From an uncultured Bacillota bacterium (GTDB lineage Bacteria; Sysuimicrobiota; Sysuimicrobiia; Sysuimicrobiales; Segetimicrobiaceae), in NCBI GenBank assembly GCA_963804645.1, contig CAWDRG010000009.1, positions 704,001 through 768,000 on the forward strand: 64,000 nucleotides of DNA, given 5' to 3'. Positions 29,765 through 39,639 of the stretch are shown piece after piece. The position numbers and the translations under genes are program-made. Below the pieces are notes generated by a model that was given only the letters and a program-made list of their open reading frames with translations, did not search any database and was not told where the DNA came from. Position 1 is the first letter of the stretch; every line of letters begins with the position of its first letter.

Positions 29765-29780
29765 TCGAACCTGTGTTCGA
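29765..29780. promoter_or_regulatory. Perfect GAAC-N4-GTTC LexA-type (SOS) box
   Basis: TCGAAC-ctgt-GTTCGA. Confidence 0.55.
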
Positions 29781-29820
29781 TATGTGTCCGCATGTTTCTC
29801 CGTCAAGTCACGATCCGCAC

Positions 29821-30210
29821 TTAGGACGGACTCTCCAGATGCTCCGGATCCTCGACGGGGACAAAATCGTTTCCGGCTGGCGCGAAAATTTCGACCAGAC
29901 ATAGAGTGTCTGATCCCGCAGCGCTGAGCGCATGGCGTGTGTGCGGAGGAATGAAGACGACATCGTCTTTGTCGACGAAGCGCTCCTCCCCCTCCACCGT
30001 GAGCCGGCCCCGACCTGATAGAATCCAGTAAATGTTCTCAGAGTGATCGTGCGAATGGTATGGTCCTGGAGGTCCGGAGGGTGCAAGGCGTACGATGCGC
30101 ACATCAACGTGCCGCGCCCCGATGGCGTCTGTCGCCAAGAGGATCGCCGTCCCGCGGTTGTTCCTCAGCGGCACCGTCCCGCACTGCGAAACGTTCATCA
30201 CCCGGTACAT
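29821..30210 (-). CDS. Cupin domain protein
   Basis: PYHSHDHSENIYWILSGRG; DVVFIPPHTRHAL. Confidence 0.9.
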   Translation of the reverse strand: MYRVMNVSQCGTVPLRNNRGTAILLATDAIGARHVDVRIVRLAPSGPPGPYHSHDHSENIYWILSGRGRLTVEGEERFVDKDDVVFIPPHTRHALSAAGSDTLCLVEIFAPAGNDFVPVEDPEHLESPS

Positions 30211-30297
30211 GCTCGGCCTCCCCTGTTCATACACGCAGCGGGACCCGCGCGCAGCGTCGCGACGCGGACCGCGCTTCATGCCGGCGCGACGTCCGTC

Positions 30298-30987
30298 TCA
30301 ACCGGCGCTGATGAACTCGCATCCCTGCTCGCGCAGCCCGCGTTCGATGTTGGCAATATTGGTGACGTCGCCGCGTCGCAACACATCTTGGACGCCGGCA
30401 TAGTGTCCCAGCAACTTCTGCGTCTCCTCGGCGATCTGTGCCGCGTCGGCAGCCCGCACGGCCACGATGCCGTCGAGGTCGGCCACGATGATATCCCCGG
30501 GATGGACGACCACGTGTCCGCACGCGATCGGTACGTTCACCTCACCCGGACCGTCGATTGGTCCCATCATCGCCGACACGCCCCGGGCGAAGACTGGGAG
30601 TCCGTCCTCCTGAATTTCCGTGACGTCGCGCACGGCGCCGTCCATGACAACCCCGGCCAGCCCCCGGTGCAGTAATCCCCGGCAGACGTTCCCGCCGATG
30701 AGCGCTCCGCGAAGGCTTCCGCGGGCGTTGATGACAAGCACGTCGCCGCGGCGGGTCTGCTGCATTGCGGCTTTGATCACATTGAAGGCTCCGGTTGGCA
30801 CCGAGACCGTGACGGCGGACCCAATCACCCGCCCCATCGGGCGGTAGGCCGCTTGAATTCCGTTGTCCATGGTGCCAGCCCGATTCATCGCGTCCGAAAT
30901 ATCCGGCGTGCGCAGTCCGGCAAACTTCGCCAAGAGCGTCGGCTCGGCGCGCAGCGCGGTCGCGTACACACGAAATCCTACTGGCAT
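30298..30987 (-). CDS. RraA family protein (HMG/CHA aldolase-like)
   Basis: ISDAM, GSAVTV, GDVLVI, VMDGAVRDV, GEVNVPIACG..VHPGDIIVADLDGIV. Confidence 0.92.
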   Translation of the reverse strand: MPVGFRVYATALRAEPTLLAKFAGLRTPDISDAMNRAGTMDNGIQAAYRPMGRVIGSAVTVSVPTGAFNVIKAAMQQTRRGDVLVINARGSLRGALIGGNVCRGLLHRGLAGVVMDGAVRDVTEIQEDGLPVFARGVSAMMGPIDGPGEVNVPIACGHVVVHPGDIIVADLDGIVAVRAADAAQIAEETQKLLGHYAGVQDVLRRGDVTNIANIERGLREQGCEFISAG

Positions 30988-31142
30988 CTCAGCCTCCTCT
31001 ACCTCGCAGTTTGGCTCCGTCCGATCCATGCTCGCTCGCGGTGTTGCGCGTCGGTGACGCTGAGGGAGCCTACGGGGGCCTGCAGCGCCGGGGCAGATTC
31101 CGGCGGCGTGGCGGAGTTGTACGACGAACACTCCGTTCCATG

Positions 31143-32024
31143 TCATCCACTCCGCTTCAAGCGCGGGTCTAGCGCGTCCCGAAGTCCGTCACCCATCAAG
31201 TTGAAGCTGACGGCCACCACGAGAATGGCGAGCCCCGGAAACGTGATCAGTAACGGTGCGCTCGTAATGAAATTCCTCGCCGTCGACAGCATCGCGCCCC
31301 ACTCCGGCGTGGGAGGCTGTGGACCGAGGCCGAGAAAGCTCAAACTCGAGGCCGTGAGCATTGCCGTGGCAAGCAACAGGGTGGTCTGGACGATTAAGGG
31401 AGGGACGATGTTCGGGGCCACGTGACGCAGCATAATGCGCCCGGGTCCCGCACCCATGGCCGTGGCGGCGAGCGTATACTCCTCTGCTTTGACGACCAAG
31501 GTAGAGCCGCGGGCAACCCGGGCGAACGCCGGAATCGAATACATGCCGACGGCGATCATGACGTTGGTCGTGCCGACGCCCAGCGCTGCGATGATGCCGA
31601 TGGCCAGCAGAAAGCCCGGGAGCGCCATGAGGATATCGAGCACGCGGGACAGCACCGCATCCACCGCGCGCCCGAAGTACCCGGCTGCAAGCCCCGCGAG
31701 TGCGCCGATCGGCAGGGCTAACGCCACGGCTCCAATGGTGATGAACAACGTCTCGCGAGACCCCACGATGATCCGCGAAAGAAGATCACGTCCCAATTCG
31801 TCGGTCCCGAGCCAATGGCTGCGCGAGGGCCACTGGAGCTGATGTCCGAGACTGATCGACGTCGTCGAGTAGGGAGCGAGCGAGGTGGCAAAGCATGCGG
31901 TCAGCAGAACCACTCCGATCACGATCATCCCGGCTGCGGCCGGGCGATGGCGCAGAAATTGCCGCGCTGCGATCCTCGCATACGAGGTGGGCGGCGCGGG
32001 CGGCGTGCCGTAGGTGCCGATCAT
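31143..32024 (-). CDS. Peptide/nickel ABC permease (DppC-like)
   Basis: HWLGTDELGRDLLSRI; SLSFLGLGPQPPTPEWGAML; GDGLRDALDP. Confidence 0.95.
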   Translation of the reverse strand: MIGTYGTPPAPPTSYARIAARQFLRHRPAAAGMIVIGVVLLTACFATSLAPYSTTSISLGHQLQWPSRSHWLGTDELGRDLLSRIIVGSRETLFITIGAVALALPIGALAGLAAGYFGRAVDAVLSRVLDILMALPGFLLAIGIIAALGVGTTNVMIAVGMYSIPAFARVARGSTLVVKAEEYTLAATAMGAGPGRIMLRHVAPNIVPPLIVQTTLLLATAMLTASSLSFLGLGPQPPTPEWGAMLSTARNFITSAPLLITFPGLAILVVAVSFNLMGDGLRDALDPRLKRSG

Positions 32025-32135
32025 GGGCCGCGGCGGCTGCGGCCCAACCGCGCGCCGAACCTGACCCGACGCGGGAGTGTTCCCGCGCCCGGCGGGACGG
32101 CCCGCGGGGGGCAGCTCGTTCCGTCCCGCATCGGA

Positions 32136-33056
32136 CTAGTCGTAGCGGACACGGGGATCGAGGTACGCGTACAAGACGTCGACGGCGGCGTTCATCACCA
32201 CAAAGGCTGCGCCGAGGATCATCAACCCGCCCTGCACCACCGGAAAATCACGCGACCGGATCGCGTCCACGAGCATGCGTCCCAATCCCGGGCGAGAAAA
32301 CACGGTCTCGGTCACGACCGCGCCGCCGAGGAGGTATCCAAACTGCAGACTGATCACGGTCACGACCGGGACGAGCGCGTTGCGAAGTGCATGCCGGAAA
32401 ATCACGGCGCGTACCGAAAGGCCTTTGGCGCGCGCCGTGCGTGTGAAGTCCTGCCGGATGACTTCAAGCAGACTCGAGCGCGTCATCCGCGCAATGATCG
32501 CGACGGAGGCTGCGCCGAGCGCCAACGCCGGAAGCACCAGCGCGCGGATGCCAGCCGCACCGCCTGTTGGGAACCAGCGGAGCTCCACGGAGAACAAGAA
32601 GATCATCATCAACCCGACCCAAAAGATCGGCAGCGATACCCCGAGCAGCGCGCCTACCATCGCCACATGATCCACGAACGAATACTGATACGTCGCAGAC
32701 ACCACCCCGATGATCACCCCGAGCACGGTCGCCAACACCATCGCGGCCGTGGCCAACTCGGTTGTCGGCCAGATCCGGCTGCGAATCTCCGTAATCACCG
32801 GGCGGCGCGTGATGATGGACCGGCCGAGATCGCCCCGAACGACGCGGCTCGCCCACAGTTCGTACTGCACATACAGCGGCTTGTTCAGGCCGAGATTGAC
32901 CCGAATTTGTTGGATGTCCGCGGGGGCCGCGTCTTCTCCGGCGAGGACAAACGCCGGATCACCGGGCGCGAGATGCAGCAGCCCGAACACGATCAACGAG
33001 ATCGCCACCATGACCGGAACGACATACAGGAGCCGACGGAGAACGACCCGGTGCAT
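32136..33056 (-). CDS. Peptide/nickel ABC permease (DppB-like)
   Basis: PGDPA, GDLGRS, RTARAKGLS..RHALRNA, ETVFSRPGLG, LDPRV. Confidence 0.95.
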   Translation of the reverse strand: MHRVVLRRLLYVVPVMVAISLIVFGLLHLAPGDPAFVLAGEDAAPADIQQIRVNLGLNKPLYVQYELWASRVVRGDLGRSIITRRPVITEIRSRIWPTTELATAAMVLATVLGVIIGVVSATYQYSFVDHVAMVGALLGVSLPIFWVGLMMIFLFSVELRWFPTGGAAGIRALVLPALALGAASVAIIARMTRSSLLEVIRQDFTRTARAKGLSVRAVIFRHALRNALVPVVTVISLQFGYLLGGAVVTETVFSRPGLGRMLVDAIRSRDFPVVQGGLMILGAAFVVMNAAVDVLYAYLDPRVRYD

Positions 33057-33141
33057 CAGCGGGCGCGCGAGACGCCGCCATAGCGTTGCCGGACGAGGCC
33101 GTATGCCCTCGGCCGGCGGTGGACGGCCATCGCGGAAACGC

Positions 33142-34692
33142 CTATTTGGTGACGTTCGTCAATCGTAAGTCCCCGATCGGCAGATAATCGTAGCCCTGCA
33201 CGCCCTTGCGCGTGGCCAGGAGGTTTGCTCGAATGAACACCCAGACGAACGGGGCGTCATCCCAAATCAAGCGCTGCGCCTCGGCGTAGGGTGGTTTGCG
33301 CGCGTTCAAGTCGAACGTGGAACGCCCTTTGGTGATGGCGGCATCGACGCCGGGATCGCAGTAGCCGGACCGCGAGTCACTCTGGGGGATCGATGTCGCG
33401 GCGCATGTAAACAGCCGGTACAGATGAAAGTCGAGATAGGCGCTCGACCGGATCTGCATACTCGTCCATCCCGCCATCGTATCGGGATCTCGCTGCAGAT
33501 AGTCGCCCAGTCCCGGATTGTCCGTCGTACGAAGATTGATCTTAATCCCGACGGCGGCCCAGTTGGCCTGCATCGCCTCAACGACCTGCTCGTCACCGGC
33601 CCACCGTCCGGGGACGTAGAACAGGTTGCCCTCAAAACCGTTCGGATATCCCGCGCCCGCCAAGAGCTGTTTCGCCTTCGCCGGGTCGTACGTGTAGGGG
33701 CTGAACGCCACGTAGCCCCACGCGCCCGGTAGCCCTGGGCCATCCGGCACCCGTCCGGCCCCATGCATGATGTTCTTGATGATGCCTTCCTTGTCGATCG
33801 CGTAGTTCATGGCCTGCCGCACGGCCTTGATGCTGAACGGTGGCTTGGATTGGCGCATCTCCGACGTCACGTGCACGAGCGAGTCCGTCTGAATGACGAC
33901 GATGTTCGGATCCGCCCGCAGGGAGTTGAGGTCCCCCGGCGCCACGTTCATCGCCATGTCAATTTCTCCGGTCTTCAGCATCGCGCTCCGCGCCGCGTCC
34001 TCGGGAACCTGCCGATAGATGATCTGAGGAATCTTGGGCGTCCCGCGCCAGTAGTCGGGATTCGCGACGAATGTCAGATGATCGTTTGGGACCCATTCGA
34101 CAAACCGGTACGGTCCGGTACCGACTGGATGATGTCCAAAGTCGGCCACACCGTATTTCTTGAGCGCCGTCGGGCTGACGATCAACGCGGTCTGGTCCAT
34201 CAACAGGAACGGCAGGTCGGGAAACGGCTGCGCCGTGATGATCTGGACGGTGTACGGATCGACCACCCGGACTTCTTTGATGATCAGGAAGACCGCCCGC
34301 CGGTAGGCTCCGGTGGCCGGGTCGTTGATCGAATCTAGGGTGACTTTGACGGCGTTCGCGTTGAACGGCGTCCCGTCCTGGAATTTGACGTTTCTCCTGA
34401 GGTGAAACGTCCAGGTGACGTTGTCCGGGCCGACCCCCCAGGACGTCGCCAGGCCAAACCTCGGATCGGGTTCCATCTTCGCGTTGAAGCCGACCAGCGG
34501 ATCGTATAAGAGGTAGAAGAGCGAGCCTGGCGGCCCGATGCCAGGAGGCGGATAGAGCCCGATCGGCTCGCTTCCGTCGGCAAAAATGAGGGTCGATTGG
34601 AACAGCGGAGCAGTGGCCCCAACAGCAGTGAGGACCAGCGGGACCAGCATGATCGCGATGACCTTCCACAGCCTCGACACCAGCCGAGACAA
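33142..34692 (-). CDS. Family 5 ABC substrate-binding protein
   Basis: Signal peptide (TTG start); WTFHLRRNVKFQDGTPFNA; PVGTGPYRF; VRQAMNYAID. Confidence 0.93.
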   Translation of the reverse strand: MSRLVSRLWKVIAIMLVPLVLTAVGATAPLFQSTLIFADGSEPIGLYPPPGIGPPGSLFYLLYDPLVGFNAKMEPDPRFGLATSWGVGPDNVTWTFHLRRNVKFQDGTPFNANAVKVTLDSINDPATGAYRRAVFLIIKEVRVVDPYTVQIITAQPFPDLPFLLMDQTALIVSPTALKKYGVADFGHHPVGTGPYRFVEWVPNDHLTFVANPDYWRGTPKIPQIIYRQVPEDAARSAMLKTGEIDMAMNVAPGDLNSLRADPNIVVIQTDSLVHVTSEMRQSKPPFSIKAVRQAMNYAIDKEGIIKNIMHGAGRVPDGPGLPGAWGYVAFSPYTYDPAKAKQLLAGAGYPNGFEGNLFYVPGRWAGDEQVVEAMQANWAAVGIKINLRTTDNPGLGDYLQRDPDTMAGWTSMQIRSSAYLDFHLYRLFTCAATSIPQSDSRSGYCDPGVDAAITKGRSTFDLNARKPPYAEAQRLIWDDAPFVWVFIRANLLATRKGVQGYDYLPIGDLRLTNVTK

Positions 34693-34987
34693 GGGACACA
34701 GCCCCCTTTCGATGCCAGTCGCTAGGATTGGTGCAGACGGTTCGCCAGGGCGCCACGTCCTCCTGCCGCGCGATGATCGGCCAGAGATTAGGTGGGCAGC
34801 GCGCGGCGGTTGGCACCGATGATGACTCGTGACTTGGCATTCTCTCGCGCGAGATGCCGTGAGTGCGAAGGGTTCGGCGGACTCCTGTCCCCGGTGATAT
34901 TGTCAAACGGTGGGGCCCAGGAGGGCGCGCCAATCTCTGGTCGTGTGCGGGCAGGCTGAGATATTGCAGCGGAGGAGATGCGAATCC

Positions 34988-35875
34988 ATGAAGATCACAC
35001 AGCTGGGCAGTGGAACACCGACGCCATCGCTCGTTCGCGCGGGCTCGGGCTACTTGGTGGAGGTGGGCGATGATGTGATCGTCATTGATCACGGGCCCGG
35101 CGCCCACCACCGGCTGCTGCAGACCGGCAAGCGCGCGGTGGACGTCACGCACCTGTTTTTCAGCCATCTCCACTACGATCACTGCTGCGACTACGCGCGT
35201 CTGCTGCTCACGCGCTGGGACCAGGGGGCCGATCTCATTCCCGAGCTCAAGGTGTACGGGCCGGCCCATACGCAGCGGATGACCTCGCTCTTGTTCGAGC
35301 CCGGCGGCGTGTTCGGCCCGGATCTGAACGCGCGCATCAACCATCAAGGCAGCATTGACATCTTCGAGAAGCGGGGCGGGAAGCCGCCGCGGAAGTGGCC
35401 GAAGCCGGACGTGACCGTCGTGAAGCCCGGCGCGGTCATCGACGGCGAGCGCTGGCGCGTGACCGTCGCGGAGTCGTCGCACGTGCAGCCTTATCTCGAA
35501 TGCTTCGCATACCGATTTGACACCGAGGAAGGCTCGCTCTGCTACTCCGGCGACAGCGGTGGCGTGTGCCCGAGCGTCGTCAAACTCGCGCAGGGATGCG
35601 ACGTCCTGATTCACATGAACCACTACATGAGCGGTACGGAACCGACGGCCGCCTATCGCGCCGCGTGCGGCAATCATCTCGATACGGCTGAGGTGGCGAA
35701 GCAGGCGGGCGTGAAGACCTTGGTGCTGACTCACATGCTCGAGCAGATCGACCATCCGGGCGTACGCGAGCGGATCCTGCGCGAGATGATGGCCATCTAT
35801 CCGGGGGACATCATCTGGGGTGCCGACCTCATGGAGTTCACGCTCGCCGGTCCGCGGCTCGGGAACATGGAATAG
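34988..35875 (+). CDS. MBL-fold metallo-hydrolase (RNase Z/arylsulfatase-like)
   Basis: LGSGTPTP, SHLHYDH, YSGD, LVLTH. Confidence 0.92.
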   Translation: MKITQLGSGTPTPSLVRAGSGYLVEVGDDVIVIDHGPGAHHRLLQTGKRAVDVTHLFFSHLHYDHCCDYARLLLTRWDQGADLIPELKVYGPAHTQRMTSLLFEPGGVFGPDLNARINHQGSIDIFEKRGGKPPRKWPKPDVTVVKPGAVIDGERWRVTVAESSHVQPYLECFAYRFDTEEGSLCYSGDSGGVCPSVVKLAQGCDVLIHMNHYMSGTEPTAAYRAACGNHLDTAEVAKQAGVKTLVLTHMLEQIDHPGVRERILREMMAIYPGDIIWGADLMEFTLAGPRLGNME

Positions 35876-35941
35876 CGGCGCCCACGGTACACGTCCGCGG
35901 CCGCCGCTTCACCGCGCCGCGGTCAGGATCCCGCCGGGCCG

Positions 35942-36877
35942 TCAGACCTGAGCCAGCGGGGCCGGGGTGAATCCGATCTCGTCGAGCGCGGTGCGCAGCC
36001 GGAGTCCCACGGCGTCATTCAACTCGACCAGCGGCGGGCGGACGGTCCGCCACCGCGGCTCGTTCTTCCAGACGGCGAGCAGATACTTCTGCGCGACGAT
36101 CTGCCCGAACTCTTGAATCTTCAACCGGAGCTTCTTGACGGACTCGTGCAGTTGTTTGGCTTCGGCTTCCCTGCCGCTCCGCTGGAGCTCGATCGCCTTC
36201 GCGATCTGCGTGGCATTGATGTTGGCGGTCGCGGTGATGCACCCGGCCGCGCCGAGCGCCAGCGCCTCGAACAGCGGCAGTTCCGAGCCCGGATAGACGA
36301 TGAGCCCGGGGACTTCGGTCAGGAGGCGCCGGGTATTGGCCCAGTCGCCCGAGCTATCCTTGATGCCGACGATCTGCGCCGGGAACGCCGAGTGGAGCCG
36401 CTGCACCAGCTCGATCGACAGGCCGACGTGAGCGACCGGCGGAATGTGGTACAGGTAGATGTGGAGGTCATTCGAGCCCACGCGCTCGATGAGGCGAGCG
36501 TAATACGCGAACAAGCCGTCGTCGGTGACATCCTTGATGTAAAACGGGGGCAGCACCATCGCTCCCGCACACCCACGGTCGACCGCATGGCGGGTCAGCC
36601 GCGCCGTGTCGATCAGGTTCGTCAGACCCGTCCCCGGAATCAGCCGCTTCGGATCGACGCCGCGGTCGATCAACCGATCGAGGGCCCCGATGCGCTCGTC
36701 GATGCCGGCCGACAGCGCCTCCCCCGTCGTCCCGAACGGGGCCAGCCCCGCGCATCCCGTCGCGAGCAGGTGCCGCGCGTGGTCGACGTAGAGGTCCAGC
36801 GCGATCGAGAGATCGTCGTTGAACGGGGTCAGGGTCGGTGCGATTACGCCACGAATCGGCTCAACTCGGGCTGCCAT
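35942..36877 (-). CDS. DapA/NAL family aldolase
   Basis: TPF, GTTGE, PPFY, YLYHIP, GIKDSSG (Schiff-base Lys). Confidence 0.93.
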   Translation of the reverse strand: MAARVEPIRGVIAPTLTPFNDDLSIALDLYVDHARHLLATGCAGLAPFGTTGEALSAGIDERIGALDRLIDRGVDPKRLIPGTGLTNLIDTARLTRHAVDRGCAGAMVLPPFYIKDVTDDGLFAYYARLIERVGSNDLHIYLYHIPPVAHVGLSIELVQRLHSAFPAQIVGIKDSSGDWANTRRLLTEVPGLIVYPGSELPLFEALALGAAGCITATANINATQIAKAIELQRSGREAEAKQLHESVKKLRLKIQEFGQIVAQKYLLAVWKNEPRWRTVRPPLVELNDAVGLRLRTALDEIGFTPAPLAQV

Positions 36878-36971
36878 GGACGACTCGCCTCCGGAGAAAA
36901 GTCAGTCGTTGCTCTTCTGTGTTACCTGCTTTCATATTACCACGCGCACGGGCGCCCGCGCATCGTGTGGA

Positions 36972-37394
36972 TCAGGCCAGTCCTTCTCCCTTCGCCGCGA
37001 CTGCCAGCCGCGCATCGAAGGAGAGGAGGGCTAGTTCGGGCAGTTCGCCCTGAAGGCTTTTCGCGACGGCTAAGTGCCACAGGTCCGCGCCCCGCAGGGG
37101 CCACTTGAGCGACAGGTCCCGGACGACCTTCCAATCGGGTGCCGCGTTCAGCCGCCGCCAGGGGCCGTCTTCAAGCGCCTCGCGCGATGCGGCAACAAGG
37201 CTCTTGCCCAGAGCGCGCTCACGTTGCAGTCGTGCAATCACCGCATGTACCTCAGACCACGCAAGTGTGGAAAGGAAATGCACCGCAGGGCTGCGGGCAT
37301 GACGGCCAGCCTCGTCACTGTGCTCGTCTCGAAAGAGCGCGGACAGGATCGCAGAGCTATCCCAATACAGCGCACTCGTTACCTCGGCGCTCAC
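36972..37394 (-). CDS. vapC: PIN-domain toxin (VapC family)
   Basis: LYWDSSAIL..E..LRGADLWHLA..SFDARL. The GTG start overlaps the antitoxin stop. Confidence 0.9.
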   Translation of the reverse strand: MSAEVTSALYWDSSAILSALFRDEHSDEAGRHARSPAVHFLSTLAWSEVHAVIARLQRERALGKSLVAASREALEDGPWRRLNAAPDWKVVRDLSLKWPLRGADLWHLAVAKSLQGELPELALLSFDARLAVAAKGEGLA

Positions 37395-37675
37395 GAGCCG
37401 CGGTCCTCGCGTAGCCACCTCTGTGCCAGACTACCTTCGAGAGGTAGCGGTGGAGGGAGGTGCCGCGCCTCGCGGCGCGCAGGTTCCACCAACCCCGCAT
37501 CTTCCAGCCGACGGACGCGCTCGGTAAGCGGCAAACTCGGACCCGAGATCGGCACGAGCCGTGCCACGGGATTGCCTCGTTCCGTGATGAGCCATTCCTG
37601 TCCACGTTGCACGTCCCGAAGGAGCCTGCTCAAGTGCGCCTTCGCGTCACGCACCCCGGTCGCTCTCGTCTTCAT
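37391..37675 (-). CDS. Phd/YefM family antitoxin
   Basis: GVRDAKAHLSRLLRDVQRGQEWLITERGNPVARLVP. Confidence 0.92.
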   Translation of the reverse strand: MKTRATGVRDAKAHLSRLLRDVQRGQEWLITERGNPVARLVPISGPSLPLTERVRRLEDAGLVEPARREARHLPPPLPLEGSLAQRWLREDRGS

Positions 37676-37816
37676 AGAACTTCTCCCTTAATTATTGTAG
37701 ATACTAAGACCACATTGGTAGGATAGTCTTTTGGACCACATGTGTCAAGGTTCCGGGTGGCGTCGCGCCGAGGAGGTCCGTGCGTGCCGGACGAAAGCGG
37801 GGTCTCAAGGGCAGGC

Positions 37817-38458
37817 ATGATAACGTCTTCCGACACGGAACGCATCCGGAGCGTCTACGAGCGGTTCGCGCCGAGCTACGACCGGTGTGGATCGGCCGGC
37901 GAACTGCTCGTCCTGCGCGGCCTCCGGCGCAAGCTGATCGCCCGCGTCCGGCGCCAGCACGGGTGCAGAGTGCTCGAGATCGGGATCGGGACGGGCATCA
38001 ACCTCCCGTACTACGATCCCACGTGCGTCGTCACGGGAGTCGACTTGAGCCGTGCCATGCTGGAACGTGCGCTGGCGCGCGCCTATCGGCTCGGCCGGCA
38101 GTTGACCGTCGAGGTGATGGATGCCGAGCAGCTGGCGTTCGGGGACGCCACGTTCGACTCGGTGGTGTCCACGCTGACGTTGTGTACGACCCCCGACCCG
38201 ATTCGAGCGCTGCGCGAGATGGGGCGCGTCTGCCGGCCGGGCGGCCGCGTGCTCCTGCTCGAACACGGCCGCAGCCGCCGCCGCCCTGTGAACTGGCTCC
38301 TCGACCGCCTCGCCCCCGGGCACTTTCGACGGCACGCGTGCCACCTGACCCGGGACGTGGCCGCCCTCCCGGCAGAGGCCGGGCTTCGCGTGTCCCGCCT
38401 GGAGCGGCACGTCTTCGACATGCTTGTGCTGGTCGAGGCCAGCGCCGCGTCGGCATGA
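37817..38458 (+). CDS. Class I SAM-dependent methyltransferase
   Basis: VLEIGIGTG, GVDLS..ML, FDSVV, RVCRPGG. Confidence 0.92.
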   Translation: MITSSDTERIRSVYERFAPSYDRCGSAGELLVLRGLRRKLIARVRRQHGCRVLEIGIGTGINLPYYDPTCVVTGVDLSRAMLERALARAYRLGRQLTVEVMDAEQLAFGDATFDSVVSTLTLCTTPDPIRALREMGRVCRPGGRVLLLEHGRSRRRPVNWLLDRLAPGHFRRHACHLTRDVAALPAEAGLRVSRLERHVFDMLVLVEASAASA

Positions 38459-39600
38459 TCCCCGCAATCGGCAGCGCGCTCCGTCTGGCCTTCGCGATGC
38501 TGTGGGAGATCCTGTGGCCGCTCGTCCTCGGCTTTCTGCTTTCCGCGATCGTGCAGGCGCTCGTGTCCAAGAAAGCGATGGTGCGGCTGCTCGGCAGTGA
38601 CTCGCCGCGCTCCATCGCGCTCGCGACGCTGTTCGGGTTCGCGTCGTCGTCCTGCTCGTACGCCGCCGTGGCGCTGGCGCGCGCGCTCTTCCGGAAGGGC
38701 GCGGACTTCACCGCGGCGATCGTCTTCGAGTTCGCCTCCACGAACCTCGTCGTCGAATTGGGCATCATTCTGGCCGTCCTGCTGGGCTGGCAGTTCACCG
38801 CGGCGGAATTCGTCGGCGGGCCGATCATGATTCTGATCCTCTGGGGCGTATTTCGGGTCACGCTGCGCCGCTCTCTGGTGAGCGAGGCGCGGCGCCAAGC
38901 CGGGCGCGGTGCCGTCGGCCGCATGGAAGGTCACGCCGAGATGGACATGTCGGTCGTCGACGGGCGACCCTTTCTTGCACGGTTGATTTCTCCTGAGGGA
39001 ATGACGGCGGTCAGCCACTACTTCATCATGGACCTGGCCGCGGTGTGGACGGATATCCTGGGCGGATTGCTGATCGCGGGCGCGATCGGCGCGTGGGTCC
39101 CGGCCACCTTCTGGAAGACGTTCTTCCTGGTCTCTCACCCGACCGCGGCGCTGATCTGGGGACCGCTGGTCGGGCCGCTGATCTCCGTCGTGTCGTTTGT
39201 GTGCTCGGTCGGTAACGTCCCGCTGGCAGCCGTCCTGTGGAACAGCGGCATCAGCTTCGGCGGGGTCGTCGCCTTCATCTTCGCCGATCTGCTGATTATC
39301 CCGATCCTGAACATTTACCGCAAGTACTACGGCGGCCGCATGGCGCTGTATCTGTTCGCCACGTCGTACGCGGCAATGGCCGCGGCCGGGCTGGCGGTCG
39401 AACTGCTGTTCCGCGCGGTGGGCGCGGTGCCCGCCGTGCGCCACGCGATCGTGCCGGAGGCCCATCTCACGCTGAACTACACGACCGTGTTGAACGTCGT
39501 CTTCCTTGCGATCGGTGCCGCGCTGCTGATCCGGTTTCTCAAGACCGGCGGCGCCGAGATGCTGGCGATGATGAACCGGCCGATGGGATCCCCCGAGTGA
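38455..39600 (+). CDS. ArsP/DUF318-family permease
   Basis: Multi-TM protein with SSSCSY and SFVCSVGNVP motifs. The ATG overlaps the methyltransferase stop. Confidence 0.88.
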   Translation: MIPAIGSALRLAFAMLWEILWPLVLGFLLSAIVQALVSKKAMVRLLGSDSPRSIALATLFGFASSSCSYAAVALARALFRKGADFTAAIVFEFASTNLVVELGIILAVLLGWQFTAAEFVGGPIMILILWGVFRVTLRRSLVSEARRQAGRGAVGRMEGHAEMDMSVVDGRPFLARLISPEGMTAVSHYFIMDLAAVWTDILGGLLIAGAIGAWVPATFWKTFFLVSHPTAALIWGPLVGPLISVVSFVCSVGNVPLAAVLWNSGISFGGVVAFIFADLLIIPILNIYRKYYGGRMALYLFATSYAAMAAAGLAVELLFRAVGAVPAVRHAIVPEAHLTLNYTTVLNVVFLAIGAALLIRFLKTGGAEMLAMMNRPMGSPE

Positions 39601-39639
39601 CCGCCGCGGCCCCGTCGGAGCCGCTGAGACCCTGCGCGC

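Noticed and set aside
37690..37800. Search for a duplicated tRNA-Val 3' end (attR) at the island's right edge
   Set aside because: No match to the tRNA 3' end was seen by eye, so the boundary remains approximate.
37780..39600. Apparent 606-aa permease, and the similar 538-aa extension at 43325-44941
   Set aside because: The extensions overlap the upstream gene in another frame. The real starts are at coupled ATGs.
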